Source: Camelus ferus (taxonomy: Eukaryota). From it: 64,000 bases of DNA. A program made the translations under genes and the position numbers. Below are positions 63,760 to 64,000 of the stretch, piece after piece. The stretch is taken from positions 54,190,001-54,254,000 of the forward strand of contig NC_045707.1 in NCBI RefSeq assembly GCF_009834535.1. Direction: 5' to 3'. Within the stretch, counting starts at the first letter, position 1; each line of letters begins with the position of its first letter. Under the pieces are notes generated by a model. The model was not told the origin of the DNA, ran no database searches, and saw nothing but the letters and a program-made list of their open reading frames with translations.

Positions 63760-64000
63760 CTGTACCCAGAGGGGGAAAACAACAGCTCTCAGGATTGCAA
63801 AACATCTCCATGAAGGAAGTAAGTTGAAGTAATTTAGAGCATCAGGGAAGCGATCTGTTAATGATTTATTGTGCCAGTATTAAATTTGATCATCACATTA
63901 TGTACGATTATTAATTCACTTTGGGCAGGTTTAAAACCATTTTAAAATGTATACACTGAACTCATCTGCCAAAAATATACAGTTCTCCTCTCCGGGATTC
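63760..64000 (-). other. ALX1: 3' end of ALX1 intron 1 (partial)
   Basis: Lies upstream of the exon 2 acceptor; exon 1 is not in the window. Confidence 0.9.

Noticed and set aside
63440..63811. 123-aa ORF as a standalone gene
   Set aside because: It is ALX1 exon 2 plus intronic read-through on both sides; splice sites define 63455-63759.
1..64000. Prokaryote-type systems (CRISPR, operons), tRNA/rRNA genes, intact retroviral or transposase ORFs
   Set aside because: None seen; this is mammalian intron-containing and intergenic DNA with only decayed elements.

Overview
AT-rich eutherian mammal genomic DNA. The only coding gene is ALX1 (CART1, paired-class homeobox), on the minus strand. Coding exons 2 (63455-63759), 3 (60315-60443) and 4 (46013-46333) are present with canonical GT-AG junctions and join in frame into an intact homeodomain and C-terminal OAR motif. 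Exon 1 and the promoter lie beyond the right edge. A ~300-nt 3'UTR ends at tandem polyA signals near 45.7 kb. The remaining ~45 kb is gene-free downstream flank with ancient repeats (L2, MIR, old L1, MaLR and MER21 LTRs, hAT MITEs), microsatellites and one young-looking L1 3' end. That L1 end and the absence of order-specific SINEs suggest a camelid (inference only). I found no convincing new gene or novel multi-component system. The best leads are regulatory: a duplicated homeodomain dimer site, a strong CTCF-like motif, a P3 site in intron 3, an A-rich acceptor before a frame-preserving exon 3, and a Tyr>Phe difference from the human protein as I recall it. Repeat names and boundaries come from recall of consensus sequences and are approximate.
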